Notes under the pieces: model-generated | The model's input: the letters and a program-made list of their open reading frames with translations, nothing else | Told to the model about the DNA's origin: nothing | Databases searched by the model: none | Translations under genes and position numbers: made by a program | Origin: Eledone cirrhosa | Lineage: Eukaryota | Assembly (NCBI GenBank): GCA_964016885.1 | Contig: OZ024740.1 | Coordinates: forward strand, 326,926,001-326,990,000 | Length of the DNA stretch: 64,000 nucleotides | Reading direction: 5' to 3' | In this document: piece by piece, positions 25,739 to 39,346 of the stretch | How positions within the stretch are numbered: position 1 is the stretch's first letter | How the letters are laid out: each line of letters begins with the position of its first letter

Positions 25739-27612
25739 TATGCACTAAATAAGGTTATGAACAACGGGACCCCCCCCCCCCCCCCACAAAAAACCACACA
25801 CACACATATTCCAAAAACAAAACTAACCAGAAACAACAACAACGACAACAACAAAATGATATTCGAATATGGAACATATTCAACTATAAATTAAGCCTGA
25901 ACTACTTCGAACACCGTTCTATATATTTGTTAAGCAAAACATTGCAGATTTATTGATCTTTTAATATAGTCTTTTTTTATCCAGTATAGTTCTATTTTAG
26001 TTTCTCTGAGAAAATATATATATAACAACAAAAGAACAAAAACAAACGAACGAGCAGAAAAATCAAAAACAACAACAATAACAACACCAACAAAAATAAC
26101 ATTAAGAACAACTTCTTTTAGCTCTTTGTTTCTACTTCAGAAATTCTATGCTATATAAAAATCTTAAAAAACAAAGAAATCATTCATGATGAGTTGTTAT
26201 TATTATTGTTGTTGTTGTTGTTCATTTGTTAGACATTTCAAACTTTTCTCTTATTACTACGTTTAACGAACGTCTTAAGTGAGACGAGATAAAATAAAAA
26301 GCAAAATCACACATTCCCCTCCTCCTCCTCCTCCTCCTCCTACTACTACTACTACTACCATCACCTAACGAATAGCATGATGAGCCAACGCGAGAGCCCG
26401 TTCGTGGTCACTCGACTTGCAAGAAATAGCAGCCAAATCCTATAACACTTTACTGTCTTAGAAAGACAAAGAATAATGTTGTTCTGGGTGCAGTGTGTCG
26501 GGGGAGGGGGGGGGGGGGATCACAGATTGAGCATTGTTGAAGGCCTTCGATTATAGTTTTAATCGATCAGGGATGATTTGTAATTATACTACAGCAACCG
26601 CTGCTAAGAGGAAGTCTGTATGTAGTGGTCAGCTCTGCAACAACAACAACGAACAGTTTGAGATTGTTTCCATGTAATAATCCGTCTTATAGTTATCTTT
26701 AGGCTGGATTTCAAAACTAAGAGGCTACACACACACACTCACAGACATTAAACAAAGACCTAAAAAATCACAAATATAGTATAGTATAACTAAAATAGAT
26801 CAAACCATAGTGCAATACGATTACAGATACAACACAACAAATACATCAAACATTACTTCCATTAAAATTACATAAAATACATATAATATGTATTATATGA
26901 ATGAAATACGTACTAACTAGAGAAGAGATGATCACATCAAAAACCTTACAAAATAAAACACAAAATCCATTACACCAAACCATAAAGTACCATTAATAAT
27001 ACAGTGAAAGCACTAACATTAAAAGCCGTCTCACCAACAACAAAACACGAACGTTCAATTTGATTCATAAGTTTTATTAAAAATGTTGAAATTGTAAACT
27101 TTAGGACATCCATAGTTATATTTTTCATATATCTACGACAATTCCCCACCGGATAACAATGTACTTACAACAAGGACCACATATCTATCTATATTCTACA
27201 GTATCCTACATAAAAAAATAGTCGATTAATGATAAATACAATACATATAATAGAATACAATGCTAAATTGAACACACAACAAACAAAGGAATCATTTAAT
27301 TAGTAACGTATAAATCTAATGGTCAAACATTCAAATTCTCTGAATAATGTCTACACCAATCACATTGACTCTGTACTAAACAGGACCAGACCACACGTCA
27401 ACATCATTTCATCCGGAAGATGAATCTATGAATGTCTAGGTACGTAGATAATGGTTTTGGAAACTTTACTGTTTCAAACAAAAAGATAAAAAGATAAAAA
27501 AACGATGAAATTTATAAAACTAGAACACGATCATATTTTCAATAGAATATATCTAAAAGAAAATCTCTTCTCCATTTAAACAAACACACAAACACACACG
27601 CAAACACACACG

Positions 27613-27726
<114 letters not shown>

Positions 27727-27780
27727 CCGATTGTGTTGTTATTTCTGTTTATCTTTTACATATACTGTATATATATATGA

Positions 27781-27843
<63 letters not shown>

Positions 27844-28677
27844 AGCACATATTCTTATAAATATAAGAAAAATGTAGGATACATTCTTGAGTGGGAGTTG
27901 TCCCCTGACTTAAGTAAATGAACTATTTAAGATGGAAAAAGAAAAGAAAATAACAAGAACAAAAAAAAAAATGAAAAAAATGCAACCCCCCCCCTCACCC
28001 CCCCCATCCCTGAAACATTTATTTCCCCAGAGAACAGGAAAATATGTTTCAGTCAATACACGATAATCATACAATAAATAATGCATCTTTGGAGACAGCT
28101 GCACAGTTTCTATATTGTTCTTGTTGTTCCTGTTGTTTAACCCGAAGTCAGGTCTCATCAAGCAGAAGTAGAACTTTGATTAGTGTTTTACAAAAACATA
28201 CTACCACCTTAAATAAAGTAGAGCATGTGGGATAATGTTACTCCTTGATATACTAAAAACTGGATGGTCACGTTTAGAACGGCTTTGATAATAGGACTGT
28301 ACACCCAAGAATGACCTAGAGTTGAAACAAAATCAACACAATAAAAGAAAATAACAATAACAACCATGATCTGTAATAGTAATTTCAATTTAGTTTGTTT
28401 TCTAATGTCAATATCTATTATGAGCATCACTTCACATTTCCCATTCATCTTTAGAGAGTCTCTATGTGGTCCCTTTACCTGCTAGAAAGTACAACTAAAT
28501 TTTCCCAAATGACACCTTAGTGTTTGAAAATTAATCAGGAAGAACAGGTTAGATAATATAGTCATAGATACACAATGGTAGAGAGAATAAACGAACAATC
28601 ATGGTTTGGACACCTTTATCATATGTCTGATGAGTCAGAGTCAACCTACGGTTAAGAAACAACAACAATAACGTATA

Positions 28678-28918
28678 TTCTTCTTCTTCTTCTTCTTGAG
28701 AGGGTCGTGGGAAGTAGAGTCCCCAAACACTCCTTCCTGCGGGTCCAGTCAGAAGCAAGCATCTCCAACTGATCCGGCTGGATCTCCAGGCGAGACCAGC
28801 CAAGCTCATGTATGTTATTCAACCATCTGGCTCGGAGTCTACCCCTGGGTCTCCCGCTGGTTAGTTTTGCCCGTAAAATCTGTGCAGCGTTTTTTTCCTG
28901 AGACATTCTAACCACATG
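28678..28918 (-). mobile_element. RTE LINE 3' end with (GAA)n tail
   Basis: GRPRGRLRARWLNNI..LGW..LEI..LA.D..R.W pattern; tail (ttc)n at 28678-28696. Confidence 0.8.
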
Positions 28919-29004
28919 ACCCCTGTATCAATCCCAACGTATCTTCTTTTCAAATATCAATGAAGCAAATATTCTATTAATGAAATACTATTAATTGCAT
29001 AGAT

Positions 29005-29187
29005 CAGGGTTTCCCAAACTTTCAAACGAGAAGCCCTTTTTGGTTCAGAAACTTTTGCGGGAACCCCAAATTCTAATACTATTATATGGTCGTAATATAA
29101 ATATACTCCTCTACATTTTTTCACGGAACCCGAGACACTCCTTTGTGGAACTCTTGGGTTCCGCGGAACCCACTTTGGGGACCACTG
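29005..29187. mobile_element. hAT (Charlie-like) MITE with an 8-bp TSD
   Basis: TIRs cagggtttcccaaa / tttggggaccactg; TSD gcatagat (28997-29004) / gcgtagat (29188-29195). Confidence 0.8.
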
Positions 29188-31366
29188 GCGTAGATTCCAG
29201 TAATTAACGCAGTTATAGAAGCCCAGGGCGAATTATAATGCTGATTTCCTTTTAGATTTTAAGTTTGTTTGATGTAGGGAGACAGCTAAAGAGTAATAAA
29301 TCAAAGCAAATGGATTAATTTATCAACTCTGGAGGGAGGAATGCATTATCAAACTTTACAGAAATTGATCTTGAAGCCTTTTATCATTTATCAGTACACA
29401 GGCATTCAGATATATAGAATATTGGTTTATAGAATAATGTCGAACTTTTTACGTAGGAGGGGTGTTAAAGTCATTTTAAGAGCTCTGCCTTCTCTACAGG
29501 TACGTTTTTTATCGACCAGGAAGATAAAAGGCAAAATCGACCTTTGCTGCATTTGAACTCAGAATGTAAGAGAACGTGACTAAATACCACAAGGCATGTT
29601 TTCCGGCGCTCTACAGGATATGCCAAGCTACCACCCTGAGATATTTAGAAAACTGACTTTTAGCATTGGCACAATATCATATATTAGGCAGAATCGATTA
29701 AATCATCCTCGGAAATTGAGTGGTATTTGATTTTATTGAACCCGTGTAGTTGATAAGCAAATTTGACCAACGTAGGATTTGAATTGATAAATATATAGCA
29801 TATTAACAAACATCGTGATACATATCTGATATCTCGGACCTTTACGAAGCGCTGAGCGGGTAAATTAATATAAATATCCTTTAAGACGGAAAGAGAAGTT
29901 ACCGATAGCAATTTATTTTTCCGTCTTTAAGGGTCTTCATTCTATTTTATAAGCTATTATATAGCATCTCCGCGCATGAGAACACCATTCTTCATATAGA
30001 ATATTGATAATCAGAGTTGGTCATGTTGATAAACTGACCGTGTTGCCACTATTAGCTCAATATGTTTATATCCTAACACTGCGATATGTTAAGATATTTA
30101 AATCTGTTTTAGTTCACCTAACTGTAAATAGGTACCGATCCCAATTATAATGAGCGGAGCAAGTGCAGTGCATAATTGATTTCTTACAAAAGTAAAAAAA
30201 CCTCAAGATTAGAAGAAGGGAACCTTTGATTATTCAACCTTTACCCCCCATTACTTGACTGATGTTTTATTTGAAAGGCAAAGTTGAGATCAGGATGTAA
30301 AGGACAAGAACAAATGCTACACAGTATTTTGTACAACGCTTTAACAATTCTGCCAATCCAAGCAGTATTTATTCATCATCAGCTTCTTTTGCCGAATTCA
30401 AATCTCCCTCAAGGTTTGGTCCATCAGAAAAAAGAGTGCTATATTGCAGCCATGTTTAATCACTTTTATCCCTTTCCACTCTAAAGTGACTTGTTATAAA
30501 TGAATAAAATATTTCTTTCTAGCATTGATGTAAAGGTGTGCATTTTCAAGTAGAACACAGTGGATTAAAGTGAAATCGCCAACCTCTTCCACCCACATTT
30601 AGTTCTTGACTTCAGCCCCAGAAGAATTCGAACCCAGAGCATGAAAAAACACACCAAACGAAATACCGCACAACAACCTATCCGGTGATATACAAATTCT
30701 GCCAACCAACCAACCATCCTCCCCATATCTTTTAGGTTTTATATTTTAAATTTTTTTTTGTTACAAATGATTAAAATACCGCTTGATTGATTAAGTTTAA
30801 TTAAATATAATTCCAAATGGCGTTTTTGTTATTGTTGACAAATATCAACGGAAAGATGCAATAATAATGATAATAAAGAAATTAAAAATCAGATAAAATG
30901 ATAATAATAATAAGAAAATAGTGATTAATATTTTAGATGGAAGTATTACTTTGTCAATAAAAGAATATAGAGCGAAAAAATATGACTTTTACACTAATCT
31001 TTGCCCTTTAAAATTCCAGCTACATCTCCGATATTACCCATGCGGTAAAAAGAACATTAATCTTCTAATTAATTCCCTTAATACCTTACGCTAACTGAAT
31101 GAATCACTCGAGTATTAGAAATCCTATCAAGTTGAGCTCTGCTTATTTCTTTGTATGTTTCTTTTTTTCTTTTCTCCAATAAGAAAATGTTAAACGTTGG
31201 AGAAATACTCGCGACCATTCGTATTTCAAAATAAGAGACACATAATAGATGAACAATAAACGACTCCATTTCCAGCTGCATCGTTGTCAAATCAAATACA
31301 AACAAGAAAACAAAACAACTTCTTTTACTTGAGAAAAGTTAAAATACGCACATTGATGCCAATCCA

Positions 31367-31562
31367 CAGACCTGTCAATTTTCCCCCGTCCGACGGGGAG
31401 ATCTCCCACCCACTTTCGGGTGGGTGAGAGCTGTCTTTTCTTGTAAAAATGGATATAGCTTTCATTATGTAAAATCCTCCCATTTTGCCTCATTTCTCCC
31501 CGGTTTGGGGCACTTTATTCATGCTACTCCCCGTTCGGGTTTTTTAGAGGTTGGCAGGTCTG
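31367..31562. mobile_element. Non-autonomous DNA transposon (MITE)
   Basis: TIRs cagacctgtcaa / ttggcaggtctg; possible 6-bp TSD aatcca/aataca. Confidence 0.6.
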
Positions 31563-32092
31563 AATACAATGAAACAAATAATCAATCCCTTTGCACACAC
31601 AGCATAAACATAAACACATACGTGACTAGTACAGTATAAGACTTGATAAAAACTTAAGTGTAGAAACCTATATATAAACATATTATTTTATTCTTTTGCA
31701 GGTTAGTCATTAGATTGCGGCCATTTTGGGACGCTGACTTCAAGGGTTTTAGTCAATTATATTGGTACCAGTAATTATTCTTACGAGTTTCTTACATATC
31801 TTATCAATTTCATTTTGCCGAACCCCTATATTATCGGACATTAACAACCATCATACGTAAATATACATATATAAAAAAACACACTCACACAGACAAAGAA
31901 GCACATGTATACGACAGACTTCCACATAGTTTCTGTCTACTACATTTGACTCACAAGCTCTGAGGTTATAATAGAAGACACTTGCCCACGGTGTCTCAAA
32001 GTGTGACTGAACCCGAAACGCTGATCCTTCTTACAATACAACTGAACTTAGTCCATGAAGTACATCGAAAGAAATAGAGAAAGAGAGAGAGA

Positions 32093-32163
<71 letters not shown>

Positions 32164-33059
32164 AGAGATAGAGAGAAAGTGACAGAGAGAGTAGGGAGAA
32201 GAATGGAAGTCAATAGTTGATTGGTACTTTATTTATCAATCCTGAATGAATAAAAGGCAACTTTGTTCTCGGCAGATTTGAATTGAAAGTGAAAAGAGCT
32301 GGAACTGATATTGCAAGGCATTCCATTTAACGCTCTAACAAATCTGTCAATTCACTTTATCACATACATACATACATACATGATGTTAAAACTCGAAAAA
32401 TCCTAAAGAAACCGGCAACTTCCACATCAACAGTGACATAGACCGCCTCTACTTGAAACGTAAGCAGGCAGGCAGAGGGCTAACATCGTTCCAAAAATTC
32501 TGCATGTAATAACTGCATGTAGACATGGACAGATACAAAACATATGTACATTCACACATATAACTCAAGACATCCACATCCACACATACAATAACATCCA
32601 TACCGGCACACACACACACACACTCACGCATGCAGACACGCAGATATATTTCCCTATATATATATATATAAGTTACGTAAGACGAATTAACAGCTGCATC
32701 TTAACCTCGTCAACCACCATGCCAGCGTGCAATTTCGCGCCCCGTAATAACTAGAAATAAATAGACATATCAATGAAAATCTGGTTCATTTTCATTGTTC
32801 ATTTTCTCTGTTGATTGTATGTGAATGGAACTAAAACACCTCTGCACCTCTCAGCCCGCAATTAGTAGAGCCCTCACGTTCGCTCCAAACGCTTGGCATC
32901 ATTCAAACTAAGGATCCCTCATGATGAACGTTCATCCTAAACATAGCTACAATTGCATCTAACAAACTTGACTTACGCAAATGACCATAAAAATAGTCGA
33001 TCACATTAAATAATAGTTGAGAATATCAGGTAAGGTACCAACGGAAATGGAAGAAATTG

Positions 33060-33140
33060 GACAGAGGCGCATGCGAGGAATCAAACCGCACAGTTCTCCG
33101 ATGCCGGGCGTGTGTATTAACCATTATGCTAAAAAACTAC
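33060..33140 (-). other. tRNA-like (Pol III promoter) segment, probably a SINE head or pseudo-tRNA
   Basis: Minus strand tagcataatggttaa (A box) ... gcggtttgattcctcgc (T-arm/B box); no good acceptor stem. Confidence 0.45.
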
Positions 33141-33352
33141 TGGCGACTGATTCCGTCCTTTTAGATATTAAGCCTGTAGCTGGAAGTGTAAACAACCGAT
33201 ATATTTAAGAAGCATTGAGATAATTTGAAAGCTGAAAAGTAGGCGGAGATGGAGTCATTTAAAACAAACAATCTAGAGTCTAATATGAATATTTACAGTG
33301 TATCTGCACTTAATTCTCCATAATATATAGTTACGAAGTAGTCATTATTTAA

Positions 33353-33545
33353 GGGTGGTGGATTGGCAGTATCGGTAGAGGGTCGGACACCATGCTTTGA
33401 CGCATAGAGTTACGGCCTTTGCCATTCTGAGTTCAAATCCCGCCGAGGTTAACTTTGCCTTTCATCCTTACGGGATCGATAGAATAAAGTACCAGTAATG
33501 CACTGGGTAATTGCTGGCCTTGTGCCAAACGTAGAAACAGTTATT
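33353..33545 (+). mobile_element. Full-length tRNA-derived SINE with a Nin/Deu-type core (reference copy)
   Basis: A box tggcagtatcgg, B box gagttcaaatcc, core gccgaggttaactttgcctttcatccttacgggatcgatagaataaagtaccag, 3' ggccttgtgccaaa.gtagaaaca; more copies at about 29505-29637, 32220-32355, 40300-40487, 46975-47089. Confidence 0.88.
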
Positions 33546-34216
33546 TAAAGATTTTCATACATTTAATTTACTCAATTGTTTTTTTTCGTTTTTTTTTCTG
33601 TTTTCCCTTTCGCTTTCCCTCGTGATTTCTCTTCTGATTTCTATTTATATTCATATTACAAAATAATATTTTGCTAAGGAAAATCTATTCCAGTGAATCG
33701 GTCTCTCCTGTCATACATAAACTAGTCGTATAATATTCCCTATGTTACGATTAACATAATCAAATTCTAGATAACTTCATAATCTACTAATAGCTTTCAA
33801 AATTATTACACTGTAAGTATATCCATTTTGGCTCAAATAGTTTTTAAAATTAAAAAATATATTTCTAAAATCAATATTTAAAAAATTTTTAAAACGCAGT
33901 CAAGATATAATTTTTTATGGGATAGGTATTAATGCATTATAGATACTTTAGTTAACCATTAATGTGTATAGTGTTATCTTTTCCCATATTTCTCTAATAT
34001 GTAATATTGCAAGCACAATCTATAATGTGGTTTTCAAATATTATGTATTAACTTATAATTTCTAAATTGATATTTTGATTTGTATTTTCCGTTATATTTT
34101 AGTGCATTCTTATATAATGTCTAATATATCTAATAACATACTTTTAGTATACTTTTAATGTTTCATATTTGGTAGATATTTTTCTGCTTCTATTTTTCTT
34201 CCATTTTTCGCCCACC

Positions 34217-34955
34217 CTAATTCTTGGAGAATCGTGGGAATAGAGTCTTTAAGCACGCCTTCCAGTGGGTCCAGTCAGGAGCTACCGTTTCTAATTGATC
34301 CAGTGGGATCCCGAGCTCATGGATGTTATTCAACCATCTTGCTCGAGGACTACCCCTGGGTCTCCTGCTGGTCTGTTTTACCCGTAAAATCTGTCTAGCG
34401 ATTCTTTTCTGAGACATTTTATTCACATGTCCATAATATCAGAGCTGTGATCTCTTAATTTGGAGAAGTAGCGGCTCCACTTATAGCGACTCTGTGGAGT
34501 AACGTTACTCCAAAGACCCTTCAAAGGAACCCCAATTCGGCCGCTTATATTCGCAATCGTATTCTTTCGATCATTACCCAAGATTCATGAACATAGGTAA
34601 GGTTTGGCACGAATAGCAAGTTTAGCTTTTATATCTTCTTCTGATGACGGAATACTGAAGCTTGTGCATTACTGCATCAGCTCCTGCAATTTTTGTAATT
34701 AATGCATCTTCCTGCCTTCCATCACTCGTGAACACGGCCCCGAGATATTTGAACTTCTCTACCTGCTTTAGTGGAACTCCATTTACATGTAGAGTGCACT
34801 GCATAGACTTCCTTTCGTAGCATTGATTTTCATTCCTGTTGTGCAGCATTTGGGATAAAACCTATCAAGTACATGCCGGAGATCCCCATCCGATGAGTTA
34901 AGTTATACCATGTTGTTCACAAATTCCAGGCGACTGATCCTACACCGTTTGACTT
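34217..34955 (-). pseudogene. Decayed RTE LINE RT 3' part
   Basis: LHVNGVPLKQVEKFKYLGAVFTSDG and RRPRGSPRARWLNNI in the ORF track, frameshifted. Confidence 0.85.
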
Positions 34956-35803
34956 TAACATATTTTACGTTCTGTTTATTTCTTTCATTTTGTTTCTCTG
35001 TTGCTTTCACTGAGGCAGATATAACGACGCTGTTAGTAATTTAAACCATATCGTCATTCTTAACATTTTAAATAACGGTGTATTGTTTATCATATGCATG
35101 TCATTGTTGTAATTATCAAGATGCCCTTATACGGACATCGCATCTTTAATCACGTCAATCTTCTCTGAAGACACGAAAATGATTAAAAATAGTCTTGAAT
35201 GTTTCGAGTAAACGTTCTCATCAGGATACATAAATAGAAATATTATATATATGAAGAAGGAAGCTCGAGCAAGGTTTTTGTCTATGTAAAACTAAGAAAG
35301 TGAATTAAGTATAATTTTGACACATTCTTAAACTGTCATTTGAAATAAAAAAAATTAGGCAGCTTCAGAATGACAAAAAAACAACAAAAAAACACTAGTT
35401 TTCTTCTATTAATCCTTTGATGAAGGGATTTTATGTCGAAATAAAAGGACCCATGAAGAATTGCGAATGCAATATCTCAACATCCTTATGACAATAATGC
35501 TTTTAACATTAACTGTCCAATTTACATTGTGATTGCTTTTAAACAAAACGTTATTATTTTTTCTACATTTTACACAATGCTTCAAGCAAGCTATAACACC
35601 TTCTTATACATACATAAATACACATATTCTCGGCAAAATCAAAGGGGAGTAATCGACAGTTCGGTTTCTCGCTCGTTAGCGGTTATCAAGACTACGTACC
35701 CCTTCGCTTCTGCGAGAGTTATAGAAGATGGATTCTAATAGAATTCCAGTAGTGTTTAAGAACTGATTAACAGAGTGGTTGCCGGTCCAGCAAAAATTAG
35801 GTA

Positions 35804-36062
35804 TTAGTATTGGTGTTCTGAAATAGTGATGTATATATGAATGAACGTATACTATATTTGATAATATACTGTATGCTTATTTTAAAATATTTTGAAGACC
35901 ATTCGCTAGGAATTTTAAAGTAGTGACTATGTCATTTACTTATTCTCGGCAAAAACAAAGCGAATGGTCTTCAACATGTTTTAAAATATACATACAGTAT
36001 ATTATCAAATATACTATTCGTACATTCATATATACATCGCTATTTCAGAGCACCAATACTAA
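35804..36062. repeat. Imperfect inverted repeat (arms about 35804-35907 and 35959-36062) next to (TA)n
   Basis: ttagtattggtgttctgaaatag...gaagaccattcgct versus agcgaatggtcttc...ctatttcagagcaccaatactaa. Confidence 0.75.
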
Positions 36063-36072
36063 TATGTATATA

Positions 36073-36136
<64 letters not shown>

Positions 36137-36171
36137 TCACAAGAATCAAAGCTATGTTCAAAGCATTTATT

Positions 36172-36218
36172 CACTTACAATTGTTTCATCCAAACCTAGG
36201 CTTGGTGTCTTCGGAGTA
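36172..36218 (-). ncRNA. Variant hammerhead with a CCGAAGA core
   Basis: tact-CCGAAGA-ca-ccaagc.ctag.gtttgg-at-GAAA-caattg-TA-agtg. Confidence 0.65.
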
Positions 36219-37724
36219 TTTTTCAATGTTTGTACACATAATTGACCTCCTTTCCAACTCAAGAGACATAGAGATACATATGTATATATTGATGTACAGT
36301 GGAGTGACATATATTATATTATATTATTTCTGTATAGCAATTCAAAATCAAAATCATAATTAAAATTAAAATCAAAATTAAAACAAAATTAAAATACATT
36401 CGGCAGTTAACATAGATAATGCAAGAGGATAGTTTGTTAGTCAGATGTAGTAGTTATTGTATGCGTTAGTTACACGTGGGGCATGCACGTGTGTCTCATT
36501 TATATATGATTATTGTGTGGCAGGGTGTTACATGTAATAGAAGTACTTTAAGCGGGCAAGTAAGAGTATTATGGAGGTTGTAGTGGTAAGGTATTTTTTG
36601 TATATAATAAAAAAGTATGTGTGCAGAAAAATAAAAATAAAAAGGAGAAGCAAAAGAAAGTTATGGTTTTCGTATCCACCACCATTTTCACATTCAGGAA
36701 AAGTAATATATAGTTTATACATCCATCACATAATTAACGATGATTCCGTATTGGATGTTTGATGCATCAAATTAAATTATTTTAGCTTATTGCAGCTCAG
36801 TGTTCTTTAATCCAATTTTATAGAGCAGGTTGTTTCTGCTGCGAGAATTTACATCGGTTTATTATCCGGAAGTATGTGTGTAATTGAGGGGAGTTAATGC
36901 GTAAGGGGAGATAACTAGCTGATTTCCATAACTAAATTTATTGTTCTAACATACATTATAAGGTGTCTCAACTGAGTCCCTTATATAGACGGTTATATAT
37001 TTATATTCAGTTTCTAATTTTAAATACAGTCTACTCTATCATGATGTACTAAAGGTACATATCATAGAGTGCTACAAGTGAATATTCCATACAAAGAGCC
37101 ATATCTTTATATCAAAGTTCTTTTCAAATGTAGTCTACTCACAGAACATGTCAGGGGACCTATTAGAACTATGTCTACATAACCCCTGGTAAGTTCTGGA
37201 GCAGCGTATGGCTTTTTGCATGGCAAAGCCAAATACATCTCTAGGGTAGACAAAAACATCCCTCATTTACAATGTCATTAATCTATCCATCAAGTTATAC
37301 ATGCATATATAACTCACATACTATTCATACATAATTCATTGCACTCAACATATAGGTTATACAGATATCTTATGTTAATAAATTAATCTTATATATATCC
37401 AATGTTATCACTCTATACATACAAATACATTTGCACAAATAATTCATTGTCGAATCCGGTATTTAAAGCTTACATATACTGTATTGTATCACTATATAAT
37501 TATAAGTAATTGAAAGTAATTATACTAAAAGTAGGTGTTCATGGGGATATTTCTAGGGTATAAAGTTATAGATAGATGGAATGATTTGTGTTGAGATAGG
37601 GTGGATCAGAGAGTGTGGAGTTCTGGTGTAAGGTGTGCCCTTGAGGTGTAGTGTTAGAAGTGGTGGTGGGTTCAAGTCTGACATTGTTATATATTGGGTT
37701 TAAAGTTTTGGAAGGAGTGCCGGA

Positions 37725-39346
37725 AGCGGTGCTGGCACGACGCGAACACTTCCGATTTTTTTATTAAGGAGGTTATGGTTTGAGAAGATTATAGTATGGG
37801 TCTCTAATAGACAGAGGTTACAGAATTTATTAGGTGGTTTGTACGATGCCGCCTTACCTATCACTTCCCATTTAAGTGTATAAGATCTATTTTTATTTTT
37901 TAGATAGTGTATGTAGCTAGATAGTGAAGACTGTGTTTTTTTGAAAGAATGGAGGTGTGAATTGTATCTGGTTTTGAAGCAGTTTGAAGTAGAGCCTATA
38001 TAGGTTTCAGACGAGTTACTAGTTATGACGGTGCATGAGTATATGATGTCCTTGATTAAGAATTTTTTATCTAAAGGGCAGGTTCTATTAGATCTACAGT
38101 TACAATTATTTTGGATGTTAACCTGCCGGTTATTATGTTGTGTAGAAATCTGGTTGATAGTTATTGCATTATGGCTATGGGGGTTGTCGCTCTCAGCGTT
38201 ATTGCTTACACTAGTGCTATTACTATTATTACTATTGATATCAGGGTTTGTAGATATAATGTTGTTTTAAAGGTTTATCCCTGCCGTGTTTTAGTTTGTT
38301 GGAAGTAAGTATTATTTTTTCTTTTATTGCTACTAGCTATGTGGTATGCTATGTTAGGCGTGGTAGAGTAGGAGATTTTAATTGTGGTTTTGTTTATAAG
38401 ACTATGGTACTTGTGGCCAGATGGGAAGTTTTTATCCAGGAGTGAGAAGAAAGCCTTAGGTAGGTTGGTAGAGACGTTTAGATTGAAAGGAGGGTTGAAC
38501 AATGTATTATTTCTTCTTCTATTTTTGTTTTTTATGTCTGGTGAGATGCTTCCGTTTATGGTATTATGGTGACTTCTGTGGTGAGGGTTACGTTTGTTGC
38601 CACCCTTCGTACTAGTGTGTGTGTGGTTATTATTCTTATTACTATTTTTCCCCATGGACATATTGTGCGAAATAATGTTGTAACTATGTGTTTTTGTAGG
38701 TAGGAACTCGATCTCATTATTATGGCCTGATCTACCTAATGCCTGATTATAATATTGTGAGTTTTTGCTAAATATATTTTCGTCATAAGATAGATTAGAG
38801 ATTCTATTGGATATTCCCTTAGAGATAGAGTTTAATATTGATCTAGGGTGGTTAGATTGGTATCTACGTAAATCAGTTTTTCGTTAGGTTTATGGAATGG
38901 TGTATATATCCTAGAGTCTAGGTAGAGGGTGGCATCTAGGAAGTTAACGTTTTTAGTGTTTTTGTCTATGGTGATACTTAGGTTATAGTTTTTGAAAGTC
39001 TTCTGCAATAGTTTTCTAGTTCTTTCTATATTAAATTTTTTATAGTCTATAAGGAGAAGTGCATCATCGCGGTACAAACCACCGTTGAGGTATGGAAGGT
39101 CCTTATGGATTTCGTTTAGTAAATATAGGCTCACCAAATCAGTGACCTGCGCTGAGTCACTAGATCCCATGGCTATGTCGAAGTTGTTTTGCGTATCCTT
39201 GCGGGTCCATAACTGGTCTTCAAAAGTGATTACGGTTTTACGGGCCGCAAGTATGACATCAATCTGGGGTCTAGTCAGGTCACTATTGTTCATGGCCATA
39301 ATTAGTTCCTTATTTAATAGAATAGGGGAAATAGAGGTGTAGTATG
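37725..39346 (-). pseudogene. PLE RT plus GIY-YIG remnant with frameshifts
   Basis: YYTSISP; FDIAMGSSDSAQVTDLV; GLYRDDAL; VNFLDATL; FNPPFNLNVSTN..F..L.DK.FP..H..LIN..TIKISYS; CNCRSNRTCPL; IIY..TYIGST..FKTRYNSH; CNLCLLE; LLNKKSE..SCQH. Confidence 0.9.

Noticed and set aside
23981-27439. Plus-strand exon-like segments 23981-24122 and 27384-27439 with good AG/GT borders
   Set aside because: Stops in all three frames; could be UTR or lncRNA exons but unsupported without transcripts
33060-33140. Functional tRNA gene
   Set aside because: A/B boxes present but the cloverleaf (acceptor and anticodon stems) is not intact
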